Positions 25,141-40,067 of a stretch of DNA of 64,000 nt are shown here, in pieces. The stretch lies in assembly GCF_006345805.1 (NCBI RefSeq), contig NW_021832565.1:62001-126000 (forward strand). Direction: 5' to 3'. Each line of letters begins with the position of its first letter. Position 1 is the first letter of the stretch. The position numbers and the translations under genes were made by a program. The stretch is from Octopus sinensis. Taxonomy: Eukaryota. A model generated the notes under the pieces. That model was not told the DNA's origin, searched no databases, and saw nothing but the letters and a program-made list of their open reading frames with translations.

Positions 25141-27652
25141 AACACATGTATGCACCTATGTTTATCTACATAAATATAGAAAATTGTTTCTGAATATGTA
25201 TTTTCTATGAAGGAATAGACAGCCAACTCTTCACTTTTTAGGTTTAAGCCCTGCCTATACAGATGTTACTTTCCCTTCTTCCAAGATAAATGCAATAACA
25301 TCCAGTAATACACTGGACTTTGATTCAATTGAATACCCTCTTCTATAATTTTAATTAATATAACATAACAAAAATTGCCAAATCCTATCACAGCCAACTT
25401 TGTCTTTCACTCTCCCTAGCATCAATAAAATGAGTACAAGAGATATTCTGAGGTTAATTTCATCAACTGTCTCCTCATATTGACATGGACTTGGACTTAT
25501 GATTAAAACAAAATGTTCTAATTGCTGAGAATATTTTGAATCTGCTAAGATAATGCTTATTTTTTCTCACTAGTGTGACAGGAACCAGCTTCTTTTGTTT
25601 ATTAAAATGTTTTTATTGACAGAGGCTTTCGATTCAAATACTCCATCATCCTGTGGATAGTCTGTTTTTTTTTCTTGTTGATCTGGGTTGGACAGATCTT
25701 ATGCCATCTTGCTCTCTGCTTTAGATCATTATGGTACTTTGTCAGCCGTTTGTCTTGCTAATGATATTTTATTGAAAAGATGTTATATAGAGTCATTTAA
25801 CCATGATTTGAACAACAGAACAACATGCTAGAAATAGCAGCTACAGCTATATCAAATCACACCCAGCATGGGATAAAATAAATTCTAAAAATACAGACAA
25901 CATGGTAATTGTTAGAGTGGCTTTTAATCATATTGGAGCTGACCTAGGGTTAAACAACAACAATAAAATACACACACACATGTATGCACACACACACGCA
26001 TACAGGCATGCACACATAAACATTGACATACACAAACATATACGTACACATATACACACATACTCACTCTTTGTTATACAGTCAGTGTTTGTTGTATGAT
26101 CTCCAGATATATAAGGACATAATATATTTGGACGGTGGCGCGTAAAAAGCACCATCCGAACGTGGCCGATGCCAGTGGTGTCTTGACTGGCTTCCATGCC
26201 AGTGGCACGTAAAAAGCACAAACCGATCGTGGCCATTGCCAGCCTCCCCTGGCATCTGTGCTGGTGGCACCCACCACATTCACGAAGTGGTTGGCGTTAG
26301 GAAGGGCATCAAGCTGTAGAAACACTGCCAGATCAGACTGGAGCGTGGTGCAGTCTCCTGGCTTCGCAGACCCTGGTCAAACCGTCTAACCCATGCTAGC
26401 ATGGAAAACGGACGTTAAACGATGATGATGATGATGATATCTGAGTGTCATAGTTCATATTGAGGTTGACTTAGCTTAAGTACCAATAAGCCAGAGTCAT
26501 CAGTGGTGATCAGAGAATAGAATAGACACCATCCATGCATCCCCACTGCCACCACCACCACTGCTGCCACTGATCACAAGTATACAAACATCTTATTATG
26601 AATGATATGAAACAATTTAATGGCTATATTTAATGAAGGCATAATCACAATGTATATATAAATGCATTCAGTTTTTTCTGCATACATACATACATATATA
26701 CACACATACATATACACTTACATATATACATGCATATATATTATTGGATGTACTTCCATATGTTATTGGCAATTTTACAATTTGATCAGCAAAGACATGT
26801 GTTGAAAAGCAGTTGTAATGACACTTAGCATATTAGAACATTCGCCAGCAATTATCAACCAATGATGCAAAAAAAACAATATTCTCGCAACAAAGTAAAA
26901 AGAAAACAAAAAAAACAACAACAACAAAAAACACACAATACAAAATGAATATATATACATATATATATATCTTGGAATGATATCAAAATTATCGATATGT
27001 TTATGGGTTCTGACAATACCCACAATAAAGACATTTTGAACATTCGCTTCTGATGTAAACTTTGTAATATTTTCTAATTTATTTTATCAAACTGATTGCC
27101 AATATGTCTTGGGGAATATTCTTCTTTCTCTATTATGAGAAGAAGTTCCAATGAAGCAGAAACACAGCGTTTAATTATATAATTTTTAGAGTGTTTTTGG
27201 ACCATTTTGAAAAGAAAGAATGTAAGTAAGCATGTTTTCAACTAAATATTCTGTAGTAGTATTGGTAGTAGAGGTAGTGGTAGTAGTAGTAGTAGTAGTA
27301 GTAGTAATAGTAGTAGTAGTAGTAGCAGCAGCAGTAGTAGTGGTGGTGGTGGTGGTGGTGGTGGTGGTGGTGGTTGCTGTTGTTGGCAGTGGTGATATCA
27401 ATGTTGTTGCAATTGATAACAGTGTTTTTGTTGTTGTTGTTGTTATTTAGCTTCAGGTTAACTATGATTGAACAAACTCATAATCAAGTCATTCCAATTG
27501 TTGTTGTTTAACAGCAAATAGCCTCTGATCAAGCAAACCTATGATTAAAAGAAACAGACAAGCCATGAACGTCCCTTTTGTATTCCATCTTTGGTGATAC
27601 TGTAATCACAAAGTACATCACCTAACGTGTATTTTTTTTTGTTATAGACACA

Positions 27653-28138
27653 AGCATGGCTGTGTGATAATGTTCTTCAACCACATGATTTTGGGGTCAG
27701 TTCTACTACATGGCACCTTAAGCAAGTGTGTTTGTAACTTCAGGATGACCGAAGCCTTGTGAGGGGATTTACCACATGGTTCCAGGTTCAGTCCCACCTT
27801 GATCAAATGTCTTCAAATATAGCTTCAGACTAACCAAAGCCTTGTGAGTGGATTAATAGACGGAGGCTGAAAGAAGCCTGTCATATGTATATGAGTGTGT
27901 TTGTGTGTGTGTGCATGTGTATGTGTGTGTATATGTGTGTGTGTGCGTATATGTGTGTGGTGTGTGTTGTGCGTGTTTGCATCTCTGTAACTTAACAGTT
28001 CAGCAAAAGAGACTGGTAGAATAAATACCCGGCCTAAAAATAAAGTACCGGGGTCAATTCATTCAACTAAAAATTCTTCAAGGTGATGCTCCAGTATGGC
28101 CACAGTGTAGTGACAAAAAAACAAGTAAAAGATAAAAG
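27653..28138 (+). mobile_element. SINE family A (duplicated head)
   Basis: Two head-like segments followed by the core and tail. Confidence 0.75.
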
Positions 28139-28161
28139 GCATGTACATATTTATATATATA

Positions 28162-28558
28162 TTCTTTTATTCTTCTATTTGTTTCAGTCATTTAACTGTG
28201 GCCATGCTGGAGTACCATATTCAGTTGAACAAATCAGCCCCAGAACATATTCTTTGTAAGCCTAGTACTTATTCTATCGGTCTCTTTTGCTGAACCACTA
28301 AGTTATGGGTACATAAATGCACCAACATCGGTTGTCAAGCGATGGTGGAGGGACAAAGACAGACACACAGACACAGACACACACACACACACATATATAC
28401 GACAGGCTTCTTTCAGTTTCCGTTTACCAAATCCACTCACAAGGCTTTGGTTGGCATGAGGCTATAGTAGAGGACACTTGCCCAAGGTGCCATGCAGTGG
28501 GACTTAACCTGGAACCATGTGGCTGGTAAGTAAGCTTCTTACCACACAGCCACTTCTG
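28162..28558 (-). mobile_element. SINE family A, tail-to-tail with the 27653 copy
   Basis: Reverse-complement full-length match. Confidence 0.85.
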
Positions 28559-29370
28559 AGCCAGGATGTATAATAAAGTATGTCATTCTATCCATTTTTT
28601 ATTATTCATCTATATATATATATATATATGAGTGTGCGTATCTTGGTGTTTTTTATCTTGATCTTACTTACTAGTTGTGAAATAATTGTCACTATCATAC
28701 AAGTTATGTCACCCGCTTCCAATATTCAGCAAGAACACATATGGACATGGTGAAATATTACCTTGCTTGGAAACAGGTATGGATTGGCAACAGGAAAACT
28801 ATCCAACTGTAGAAAATTTGCCTTAATAAAACTGCATCCAACCCATGCAAGTGTGGAAAAACAGACGTTAAAATGATAAGGATTTTGACGACAACGATGA
28901 TTGTAAGGTGGATGTTGATTGAAAGAGATTGTTCTGCTATTTCTTGCTAGTCAAGCAATCATACAGAGCAGTGGTTCTTCTTTGTTTTTTTTTACCTATG
29001 GACTCTTTGATTCCTATTTTATTCATGTGGACCTTATAGCCATTTGATGATAAAAGAAATCTTTATTGTATTTTTATAATTAAATATTATTAGTGTTATG
29101 TCACACGTTCGGATGACTGCTACTCAACTCTCGACTTCTGTCAACATCTAGGCTTCTCCCACTATATCTACGTATTGGGCTAGCCTACTTCATCGTCTAG
29201 ATGTAGCAGATTAGATGTTAGATGATACAGTTCAATGTACCTATATAAAATGGAATGATCCTGACTGCAATGCCTTTGATCTTGCAATTGTTTAATCAAG
29301 GTCTGACTTGGAACTAAAAAACAATAAATAACAAATGTTTTTACCAAAGCACAGACAGAATTATATCCAT

Positions 29371-29968
29371 GCGGTGAGCTGGCAGAAACGTTAGCATGCC
29401 GGGCGAAATGCTTAACGGTATTTCGTCTGCCGTTACGTTGTGAGTTCAAATTCCGCCGAGGTCGACTTTGCCTTTCATCCTTTCGGGGTCGATAAATTAA
29501 GTACCAGTTACGCACTGGGGTCGATGTAATCGACTTAATACCTATGTCTGTCCTTGTTTGTCCCCTCTGTGTTTAGCCCCTTGTGGGTAATAAAGAAAAA
29601 GGTATTTCGTCTGCCGCTGCATTCTGAATTCAAATTCTGCCAAGGTCTACTTTGCCTTTCATCCTTTCAGGGTCGATTAAATAAGTACCAGTTATGCTCT
29701 GGGGTTGGTATAATCGACTTAATCCGTTTGTCTGTCCTTGTTTGTCCCCTCTGTGTTTAGCCCCTTATGCGTAGTAAAGAAATAGGTATATCATCTGTCT
29801 TTACATTCCGAGTTCAGATTCCACCGAGGTTGACTTTGCTTTTCATCCTTTTGGGGTCGATAAATTAAGTACCAGTTATGCACTGGGATTGATGTAATCG
29901 ACTTAATCCCTTTGTCTGTTCTTGTTTGTCTCCTCTGTGTGTAGCCCCTTGTGGGTAATAAAGAACTA
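29371..29968 (+). mobile_element. Head-to-tail trimer of SINE family B inside one TSD
   Basis: One full unit plus two units restarting at ggtat(t)tc(g/a)tctg (period ~187 bp); agaattatatccat at 29357-29370 and 29969-29982. Confidence 0.9.
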
Positions 29969-30850
29969 AGAATTATATCCATGCAGCATGCAAATCTCCA
30001 CACATCATTAAAGAATTTATGTCTTATTTGTTTGTAGGAGATGGAATGCAGCCAAAAACAAAAATTGGGGGACATCCGCAATAGCAAACGTTGTGAAGCT
30101 GGCTGTGGAGATGAAATGTGTGGTTTTTTGTTATAAAACAATGAAGTGTAATTTGAGTGAGATTTGGTCACTATTTCTAGCAAATTGAGTGATCATATAG
30201 AGGCTCCTTCATTGGCTCATTGATATTTATTTTACAAGTAGTAAATATGGTAGTTCCAAGGTTCCTCTCTCATCTCATGGCAAACACAGGTTATATATGA
30301 AAGAAGCTATGAGCTCTTTGTTGGCGGAACAGCATTGTCATCATTTGTCACCAAGTAATAGTCAGTCTAACTGCAAGAAGGTGATGACATTTTGATCTTA
30401 TGGCCTTTATCCTTCTTCTCATCTTATTCATCATTGTGAATTAGCTTTCATGTGGTGCTTTCATATTATGTTATCTAACACTATCAATGTCAAACCTAAC
30501 AGGATTTGAGTTTAGAACTCAGAAACATTGAGTAACATATGATAAATATTTATTCCACCCCCTCAGTTTCTGTACTGTATTTACCAAATCTCTGTATCTG
30601 AGATACCAAATTAACTGAATCACTTCATTTCTCATATATATTTCCAATCCACACAACTTATACAGATGAGCTAGGACTTATGCTATACAAAATATAATGC
30701 ATGAGAAGTAAAAAATTCTGGTTAACTGTGAAACAAATTTTGTCAAAATATTTATTCTACTAATATTTTTGTCAAAAGGGTACACATGTGAATGTATTTA
30801 AAATCTTGAACAAAATGTTACCTCTAGGAATGTTGATAATATATTTTATT

Positions 30851-31064
30851 CTTTTCTACTCTAGGCACAAGGCCCGAAACTTTTGGGGAGAGGGCCAGTC
30901 GATTAGATCAACACCAGCACGCAACTGGTACTTAATTTATTGACCCCAAAAGGATGAAAAGCAAAGTGGACCTCTGTGGAATTTGAACTCAGAACATAAA
31001 GACAGACGAAATACTGGTAAAATTTTCACCCAGTGTGTTAACGTTTCTGCCAGCTTGCCACCTT
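30851..31064 (-). mobile_element. SINE family B with 12-bp TSD
   Basis: Reverse-complement match; atatattttatt at 30839-50 and 31065-76. Confidence 0.85.
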
Positions 31065-31596
31065 ATATATTTTATTGCAAAATATAAATATTTGTCAGAT
31101 ACTTTAGAGGCTGGACACAATTAAAACTTCCATTTGACAAGAATTTGGTGTGTTATTTGGATACAAAACTAATTGCTATGTTATATAGAGGATCAATAAG
31201 TTTTTTTTCTCCTCTCCATGGTCCCATCATAATCCAAAACATGTAAATAAATCTTGCTGCCAATAGCCTCAAGTGAATTAACAGAAAGGTGGCAATATCA
31301 CATTGTAGTAAATGTGATATTGTCTAAGAGACAAACATCCAATTGAGTAACAAAGTGATAGGGAGATTTAAATGCCCAAGGGTAGCCTACTGGGAACAGC
31401 GTCAATGGAAAGCCTAATGAAACCCTTCTACCAGGTACATTCAGCTTATGGTTAATGTCAGTATATGAAGAAACCCCATGTTATTTATACCTACTGGTGT
31501 TAATATATGTAATACCCCAATGCCCTTATAATGGCCTTCATGTGTTCAAGTTTGCATATATGTGCATTTGTATGGAGGCAGCAGCTGTGCAAATAC

Positions 31597-31817
31597 TCTT
31601 TTCTGTTTTTCTCTTTTTACTTGTTTCAGTCATTTGACTGTGGCCATGCTGGAGCACCACCTTTAATCGAGTAACTCGACCCCAGGACTTATTCTTTTGT
31701 AAGCCCAGTACTTATTCTATCGGTCTCTTTTGCCGAACCGCTAAGTAACGGGGACATAAACACACCAGCATCGGTTGTCAAGCAATGCTAGGGGGACAAA
31801 CACAGACACACAAACAC

Positions 31818-31848
<31 letters not shown>

Positions 31849-32019
31849 CATATATACGACAGGCTTCTTTCAGTTTCCGTCTACCAAATCCACTCACAAG
31901 GCATTGGTCGGCCCGGGGCTATAGCAGAAGACACTTGCCCAAGATGCCACGCAGTGGGACTGAACCCGGAACCATGTGGTTGGTTAGCAAGCTACTTACC
32001 ACACAACCACTCCTGCGCC
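31597..32019 (-). mobile_element. SINE family A, well-preserved full-length copy
   Basis: Reverse complement of the 58054 consensus, including the segment missing there. Confidence 0.9.
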
Positions 32020-34725
32020 TATCGAATGTCTATCGAATTTATTGTACCTGTAATTAAAAAGGTCTGGCTTTGTCACAAAGTGACTCATTCTGGTTCTACT
32101 TGAGTATTACCTTAAAGGTATGTGCTTATGCAAAATACTCAACCAATTAGAGGCTAATTCAATGAGCAGATAATTCAGCTGACCAAACAGCTCATTGTTG
32201 AAGCCAGCGGAGATCTATTTTACCTATATGTGTGTGTATATGTGTGCGTATTTGTGCATGTGTGTATGTGTGTGTTTGTACACGCTTGTGTGTGTGTGTG
32301 TGTGTGTGTGTGTGCAAGTATATATGTGCATACATTTCTATAGGTAACATTTTGCTCAAGTATACATGTACATACATATATACATATGTATACATACATA
32401 TCATGCCTAATTCATACATACATATATATGTATGGTATATACATACTTACATGCACACACAGCATACACATATATATTGTTGTTATTACAGAATCATTAG
32501 CACACCGGACAAAACGCTTAGCAGCATTTCAACTGTCTTCACACTCTGAGTTCAAGTGCAGCTGGTGTCGACTTTGCCTTTCATCCTTTAGAGGTTGATA
32601 AAACAAGTATCAGTTGAGTACTGGGGTCGATGTAATCAACTTATCCCCTCCCCCAATATTTCAGGCCTTCTGCCTATAGTAGAAAGGATTATTATTATTA
32701 CTGAGTGAGAGAGCAGTGCATGCCATCAAAGTGACACTGGAGTAAAATATACGAAGCCCAGTATACCCATCATGACTACCCGTCTGATAAGGGGACACTA
32801 GGCACATGCATCACAACCATATGTGCGCGACATGGTGATCTCATATCAAGATAAACAGCACATGACCTTGCAGGTGGGGCCCAGTTAGAATTTTCTTCTG
32901 GTTGAGTAACCCAATCCGCTCAAACAGTCCCTGAATAAGGGTTGTTTAAGGATGTTGAATGAAACACCCATGTTTCCAGAGGTTAATTATTCAAACCCCA
33001 AGAATCCCTCTCAACATGTCGCTATGATGCTCCCCCGCAATAATTATTACTATTACTATTATTATTATTATTAATACATGTTTGGCTTTTGCTTTCAATT
33101 TGTACAAATTGACTCCAAGTCTTGTCCAGAGAAGTTCAAGTTGGTATTATGACTAGGGTGTCACATTTATGGTTTTGCAGAGAGTACTGTTCTAGAGAAT
33201 GTCTGTCAAAACATAAGAAAATTAAAAGTTTGTTTTAAAAGTAATTTGATAAGATGATAGTGTAATGCTAATATGACAGTAAAAGGTATTTGCTATTATA
33301 TATAGTTACAAGTACTTTTACAATGTTTACAGATTGAAATGTTATGGGGATTACATAAAAAATATTTTTTGTAAGATATGAGCAGTTTCCATCAGCACTA
33401 TTTTTAAAAATTTCTTTTATTTTTGGCTTTCCTGGTATCTGAGACAGGCAGCAATCAGCCCCTTTTGCTATCATTCCACTAAGCACTGCATTTTGTCCGG
33501 CATGCTCACAATTCTGCCAGCCCACCTTGAACTTACATATTAATCATAAAGTTAATGTAATCTTTGAATTATCACATTTGTGTAAACTGCATTAATTATT
33601 TTTGTTTTTTTTAAATCATTTATAAGACTGAAGAATCTTAAGAATCTTAACTCAGAACCAGTACTGGTACTTTGGTCTTCATCTCATTAGTGAAAGAGAT
33701 GAATGACAATATTGATGCTATCAGGATTTGAGTTTAGAACTCATAAGCATTAAGATAGGTTTGTAAATATCTAGTCCAGAGCTCTTCAGCTCCTGAATTA
33801 CATTAACCATACATTTACCTAATTTATTTCATTTCTCATATATTCTGAGTTACATGCAGTGAAGTATTATTTTTCTAATATCTTTCTCAGTGCTTTATTA
33901 AGGATGGCATCATGATACGTGATATCATCTAACTTTAACAGCAGAGATAAAGCAACAAATTATTGCTTACCATTATTTATACGATTCAGTTCTGCATCAA
34001 AATGATTTAAACTGGGAAGCTATTAGATCTTGATTAAATATTAAATATTTTTGCATGACATAACAACTCAATACAAATAGATATAATACACCATACTGAC
34101 AGGAATAATGTCTGTCAGGAAACCACTTATAGTACATGAATTAAACGAGAAAAAAAAACCCATATAGTTTCTTATAATATTATCAAGATAAAGATTTAAA
34201 CTTAGATCTGTTTCTGTTGCATAATTTGAATTTTTTTCTGCTTGTCTAACATCACTGCAAACCATTGTGAAGTTTATATACTATTTCTATATATTTCAGA
34301 CTGGCTGATTTGAACATGTTTCAGAAGTGGCATGAATGATAAGCTGCAACAGTGGCAAAATATATATTGGTTGCTTCCAGGTCAATTTCGTTTTGCCTAC
34401 CTCTGAAGTATATTGTGTTTTTTTAACAGAATACATCTATAAAGGGACGTTTTATTGGATGAAAATCTGCAGCTCTGGCTTTCAATGACACATGTTAAGT
34501 ATGTTATATAGATGATGATATTATCAAGTATTTCTTACATAACTTACTAAGATTGTATAAGCATAACATGTTCATCACTTTCTCATATCTCTAATAAATT
34601 TTATTGAGCTATAAATGCAGTGATAGCTAAAATCTATCAACATATGCCATGTATGTTTTTTCCAATTTTCTACCTTGAATAATTAAAAATAATTTATATC
34701 AATTTGTCTGTATGCTGTGCTTCAA

Positions 34726-34941
34726 AGGCAGCGAGCTGGCAGAAATGTTAGTATGCCGGATGAAATGCTTAAGTGAATTTTGTCTGTCTTTATGTTCTGA
34801 GTTCAAATTCCGCTGAGGTCGACTTTGCCTTTCATCCTTTTGAGATCAATAAATTAAGTACCAGTTGCATACTGGAGTTGATGTAATCAACTGGCTCCCT
34901 CCCCCAAAATTTCAGTCCTTGTGCTTAGAGTAGAAAAGAAC
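34726..34941 (+). mobile_element. SINE family B with 11-bp TSD
   Basis: atgctgtgctt at 34712-22 and 34942-52. Confidence 0.85.
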
Positions 34942-36749
34942 ATGCTGTGCTTGAGAAGAAGACCCATTAAAGCAGGTGAAATCATAGTCATGGAAGAGAC
35001 TAGTGTCACAAAGCTGACACTCATGCCAGTGGCACATAAAAGCACCCATTACACTCTCGGAGTGATTGGCATTAGGAAGGGCATCCAGCAATAGAAACCA
35101 TGCCAAATCAGACTGGAGTCTGGTGCAGCCCCTCAGCTTACCAGCCCTGGTCAAACCGTCCAACCCATGCCAGCATGGACAACAGCTGCTAAATGATGAT
35201 GATGATAATGGTGATGGTGGTGGTGGTGGTGGTGGTGGTGGCGGCGGTGCTGGTGGTGGTGGTGATGATGATGATGATGAATAGTGGGAGGATTGGTAGG
35301 GATTTGTTTGCTTTTTCTAACAGGTTTATTTACAACACAGAAATAAAATGGCAGAGTTGTTACAGCACCAGACAAAATATTTTGCTGTATTTTGTTCTGA
35401 TTCTCAGCATTCCAAGTTCAGATTTCTTGTTTTAGAATATTTTCTCCTCTCATTCCTGCCAATGTTGGAGGCTCTGTTATGGGTCATTAGCATTACCTTC
35501 CCTCTAACTTAGATATAAAAAAGGGCTCCCTCATCTATTATTTTTCTCTGGCTCACAGAATTTGTACCTCAATTAGACAATTTTGTTAAAAATATGCAAT
35601 AAAACAATGAGATCCCTGTGCATATTGTTACCCCTTTTTACTATAATCAGTGCCCACGTATTGTTTTTCTTCCTTTCATTTATTTGAAATGTTATCAGAG
35701 TAAATCTTTCTTAATCATTCTACTTATGACTACCAAAGAAAAACTTAAGTAATCGGTAGATTTAAGGCAGACTGATGAGTTTTAAGACAAATGTAACTAG
35801 CTCCATGGAAAGATATATGTGTGTGTGAACATGTGTGTGGATGTGTGTATGTGTGAGAGAGAGAGAGAAAGACCGACAGACAGACAGACAAGACAGACAG
35901 ACAGTCAGGCTGGGAGACAGATAGAATGACAGAACGACTGTGACTTTTAGTGAAGACATAGTTGGATTGACGCAGAGAAAAACAGATTGCTGGTGAAGGA
36001 TAGACGATTCCTTGACCACAACGACTGGGCCACATTAATAACTGGTCTAGAAACTGTTTTTATGGCCACAGTTGCAATTCTCTAAGCCCCTACCCCACCA
36101 ACTTCTTTCTCTCACTTCCCTCAATACCCCGGTTGTCATCCAGATTTCCTTTTTTACTTTACTCTTCTTTCTCCTTTCTCACTCCCTTTCTGAGGTCCTT
36201 TGTTCCGGACGGCGGAGGGGGGTGGTTTAGAATTAATTAGCTTTATATGATTCTGTGTGTGTGCGTGTGTGTGTGTGTGTGTGTGTGCACATGTTTGTGT
36301 GTTTAACTGCAGGTTGGGATGAAGATGTATGAGTACAGAATTGAATGCTGAATGCTAGAGTTTTGTACGGGTATGATATGTATTTCTGCATATGTGTATA
36401 TGTCTGTATGCATACATGTATGTATATATTTATGTGTGTACATGGGTACATGTGTGTGTGTGTTTGTGTCTATCTACATATATGCACATGCATGTATTTA
36501 TGTGTACATATATGTACATATGCGAAGGCAATATAATGTATGTTGATGCCGAGATTCAAGATTCTAATTGAAAGCCAAAATAGATTGGCATTCTCTAATT
36601 TCCTGACTTGTGTAAAATATCTTCAAATCTAACCACATCAAAAGATAACATTTATAAAAATATCACACACAGCAAAGGGATCAATTAGGTAGGAAAGCTG
36701 GATGTTACCATGCATACGTGACGACCGACCGACGGAGTGTTTTTTTTTT

Positions 36750-37119
36750 ATCACTGAATAAAATTGTCTCTCAGTCTGACTGGCTGTCAATCTGCCTGTC
36801 AGTCTGTCTGCTTGTCTGTCTGAGTGTCTCTCTCTCTCTCTCTCTCTCTCTCTATGTTCCTTTTTCTGTCCCTCTTTCTGTCCCTTGTCTGTCTAGCCAC
36901 CTATCACAATGTCTAGTCCTCCGTTTTCATCACTGTCTATTTGTCTATCTGTTCAACTTTTTATCTGTCTGTTTATCTGGCTGGCTATATCTATGTCTAT
37001 TTTTCTGTCACTCTGTCTATCTGTCTATCGATCTATTTGTCTACCTACCTACCTACATACATACATACATACATATATACATACATACCAACATACATAC
37101 ATACCTACATACATACCTA

Positions 37120-37151
<32 letters not shown>

Positions 37152-37270
37152 TCTATTTATCTATCTATCTATTCTATTCTATTCTATTCTACTTATCTAT
37201 CTATTACCTATCTATCTGTCTGGCTGGTACCTTGTCTGTCTATCAATCTATCTTTCTATCTCTATGTCTA
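36750..37270. repeat. Compound tetranucleotide microsatellite (TCTG, TCTA, TACA)
   Basis: Direct observation. Confidence 0.95.
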
Positions 37271-37662
37271 TATCAAAACTATCGTGTTGGCTGCCAAATG
37301 TTTGCAGGGAAACGCACCTTTTGCATATCTATTCTTAAAAGAGCTGTAAAAGACTTTCAAGATCCTCATCATCATCACAATTGACATTGCCATTCAATAT
37401 GCAGTTTTCCATGCTTGCATGCATTAGACAGAATTCGTGGATGCAGAACTCTGTGACTGAATACCAATCCTGTCACCAACACTACTCTTATCTCCAAGCA
37501 AAGAAACATTTTCCAACAGCCTTATATGTTTTCATGGAAGATTGGAAATGTATGGCACCACTTGTATTACAGGAATACTTGTTTATAACTACTGTGTAAT
37601 GTCAAGATGAAGAAGCACAAACACACAAAGAAATACATCTACAAATGTGTGTGTGTGTGTGT

Positions 37663-37706
<44 letters not shown>

Positions 37707-38745
37707 TGAGTTTCTTCCAGTTTCTTAGTTCTTTACTGCCCACCAGGGACCACACACAGAGGGGACAAACAAGGACAGACAAACGGATTAAGTCGATTAT
37801 ATCGACCCCAGTGCGTAACTGGTACTTATTTAATCAACCTTGAAAGGATGAACGGCAAAATCCACCTAGGCAGAATTTGAACTCAAAACATAACGGCAGA
37901 CGAAATACTGCTAAGCATTTTGCCTGGTGTGTTAACATTTCTGCTAGTCTCTGTCTACCAAATCCACTCACAAGACTTTAGTAAGCCTGGAGCTATAGTA
38001 GAAGGTATTTTGCCCAAGGTGCCATGGTGGCTGAGAAGCAAACTTCTTAACAACCAACAACCATTCCTGTATTTTCTGTCTACCAAATTTCATTCACAAA
38101 GCATCAAAGCTGAGGCTAGGGTAGAAGATACTTGCTTAAGCTTCAATTTATGAAGATTGAATGAGAAACCATGTAGCTGTTGCAAAGTGAGCTACACAAC
38201 CTGGAAATCATATGCAATGTATACAGCTTAGAGTTTAGGTGAAAGGTCAGAAGAGCATTTGAACAGCTACATCGGAAAGAAATCTGTATTTATAACTTTC
38301 CCAAATTAGCTGGGCAAATATGCCAGACCAATCAATATCTTATTGATATGACATCTACACCTTTGGTATGCATATCTTATTAATACACCCGGAAAATCTA
38401 TTAGTATGACAGGCCAGAGAACTGGTCAGCACAACAGAATGCATATCTCTTCTTAAACATAAGTATGTGTGGCCGGCCCCAGTGCACTTTATTCAGGGTG
38501 AACAGGAGAAGTCACACAATATGATTGGTGCATAATATATCTCTAATATTTTCCTTCTTTTATATTAGATGTTACACTCCTTTATGTTGTCATTCCAATG
38601 TTTAAAATACAGTACCAGACAAGTTGTTTTTTTTTTTTTTGTATCACCTGATACGCTACCTTTACAATTTACTTTCTGGTACCCATAGCAAGCATTTCTC
38701 ATCAACCGACATGAGTGCTTTTATGCACTATATATCTATATTATA

Positions 38746-39560
38746 CTTATCTATTATATGAAATCCATTCTGTCTGTCTGTGTGTCTTTTAGGATCTTGG
38801 GCATCTTCCATCTGATTGCGCTCAAATTTGATATGTAGATACCGACAGTATCAAGGCGTGTATAAATCTTTAAAAGATTACAAAAATCAATTCCAGGTGA
38901 GAATGCGATCGATAAAGCCGTGGGAACGTGCATTTGTACATGCAAGTACATCAGCTGTTGCGATCAATACTATGTGTACGCGAGAAAAATGCGCAGTGTC
39001 TCAAATTTAGGTTAAATCAGTGTTTCTCAAAGGGGAGGCCCATGGAACAGTCGGAAAAGTTGTTTTGAAAAAATTTGGTCTAAATGTTTGACAACTCAGC
39101 ACCATCCATTGGACGGGTAGCGTTTTGCTTGTATAAGTTATATGTATAAGTTAGGATTATTAAGCTAATCAAGTTCTTTATTTCAAACCATATGAAGTAA
39201 CATCAACATCAAATTTGAGTGAAATCCATTGAAATTGGTAAACTTTTGGCTGAAAATGAGTTGCAGACAACTTGATTGGGTAATCCCATGAGGAATCGGT
39301 TTATCGATTTTTTTCACTCATCGATTTTGTTTTTCCATTTTTGGAGAACTTAAAGCATTCAAAGATCCCATGAATCCTAAGTAATGCTCACATCAAGTTT
39401 GAACAAAATACATCAAAATTGGTAATAGTTATAGTTGAAAATGGGGTGTAGCCAATTTTATTGGGAAATCCTATAAGCAATCGGTTTATTGATGCTTTTA
39501 ATATCCTGGTTAAATGGAAAACCCCATAAAGAATCAGTTTATTGATTTTTCACCCCAAAT
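38746..39560 (+). mobile_element. Probable non-autonomous Helitron-like element with internal subrepeats
   Basis: 5' TCtattatatgaaatccattctgtctgtctgtg start; recurring gaatc(g/a)gtttat(c/t)gatttt and aaattt motifs. The 3' CTAG end was not located. Confidence 0.4.
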
Positions 39561-40067
39561 AGGACTTAACTGAACACAATAATGCTGATTCAAAAGCATC
39601 TATATTTATACTTTAAAGCTGGTTCTCACACCCATCCCAGTTCTGCAGAATCAGTGTCATGACAGGAGCGCATGGGTTGGGAGTTTGATAGGCAGAGGTG
39701 ATCAGGATGCACATGCCAGCCCTTTGAAAACACCACTCCCATCATCTAAACCCCCTTTGCCTATGGGTTGGGAACCTTTCCAGCAAGGAAAATAGAATGC
39801 CCAAAAGGCTTCCCGATCCTCTGTGTCAGAAGCGGTTATGTTCAGATCACAACTAAGTCTTAAGTATACATATATATATATATCTATATATATATATATG
39901 GGCAACATACACACACACACGTATGTATGTACACCTATTGTATACATGTTTTTTGTACGCATACATGTTCGTGTGTGTTGCCCGTATATCAATCAACAAA
40001 ACACCTTTTTCCTCGATGGAAAAAAAAAACAACAAATGTCTTAACAGAAACTTACTCTTCACTTGAA

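Noticed and set aside
25622-25735. Hydrophobic open frame GFRFKYSIILWIVCFFFLLIWVGQ with a possible acceptor
   Set aside because: The donor is weak, and T-rich DNA naturally encodes hydrophobic residues.
35772-35800. CTGATGA hammerhead-like cores here and at 4201, 4324(-) and 19386(-)
   Set aside because: They lack GAAA and/or stem I pairing, and a 7-mer is expected several times by chance in 64 kb.
39690-39800. WW-domain-like PLPMGWE peptide in a GC-richer patch
   Set aside because: An in-frame stop follows shortly, the second Trp and aromatic pair are absent, and there are no convincing splice sites.
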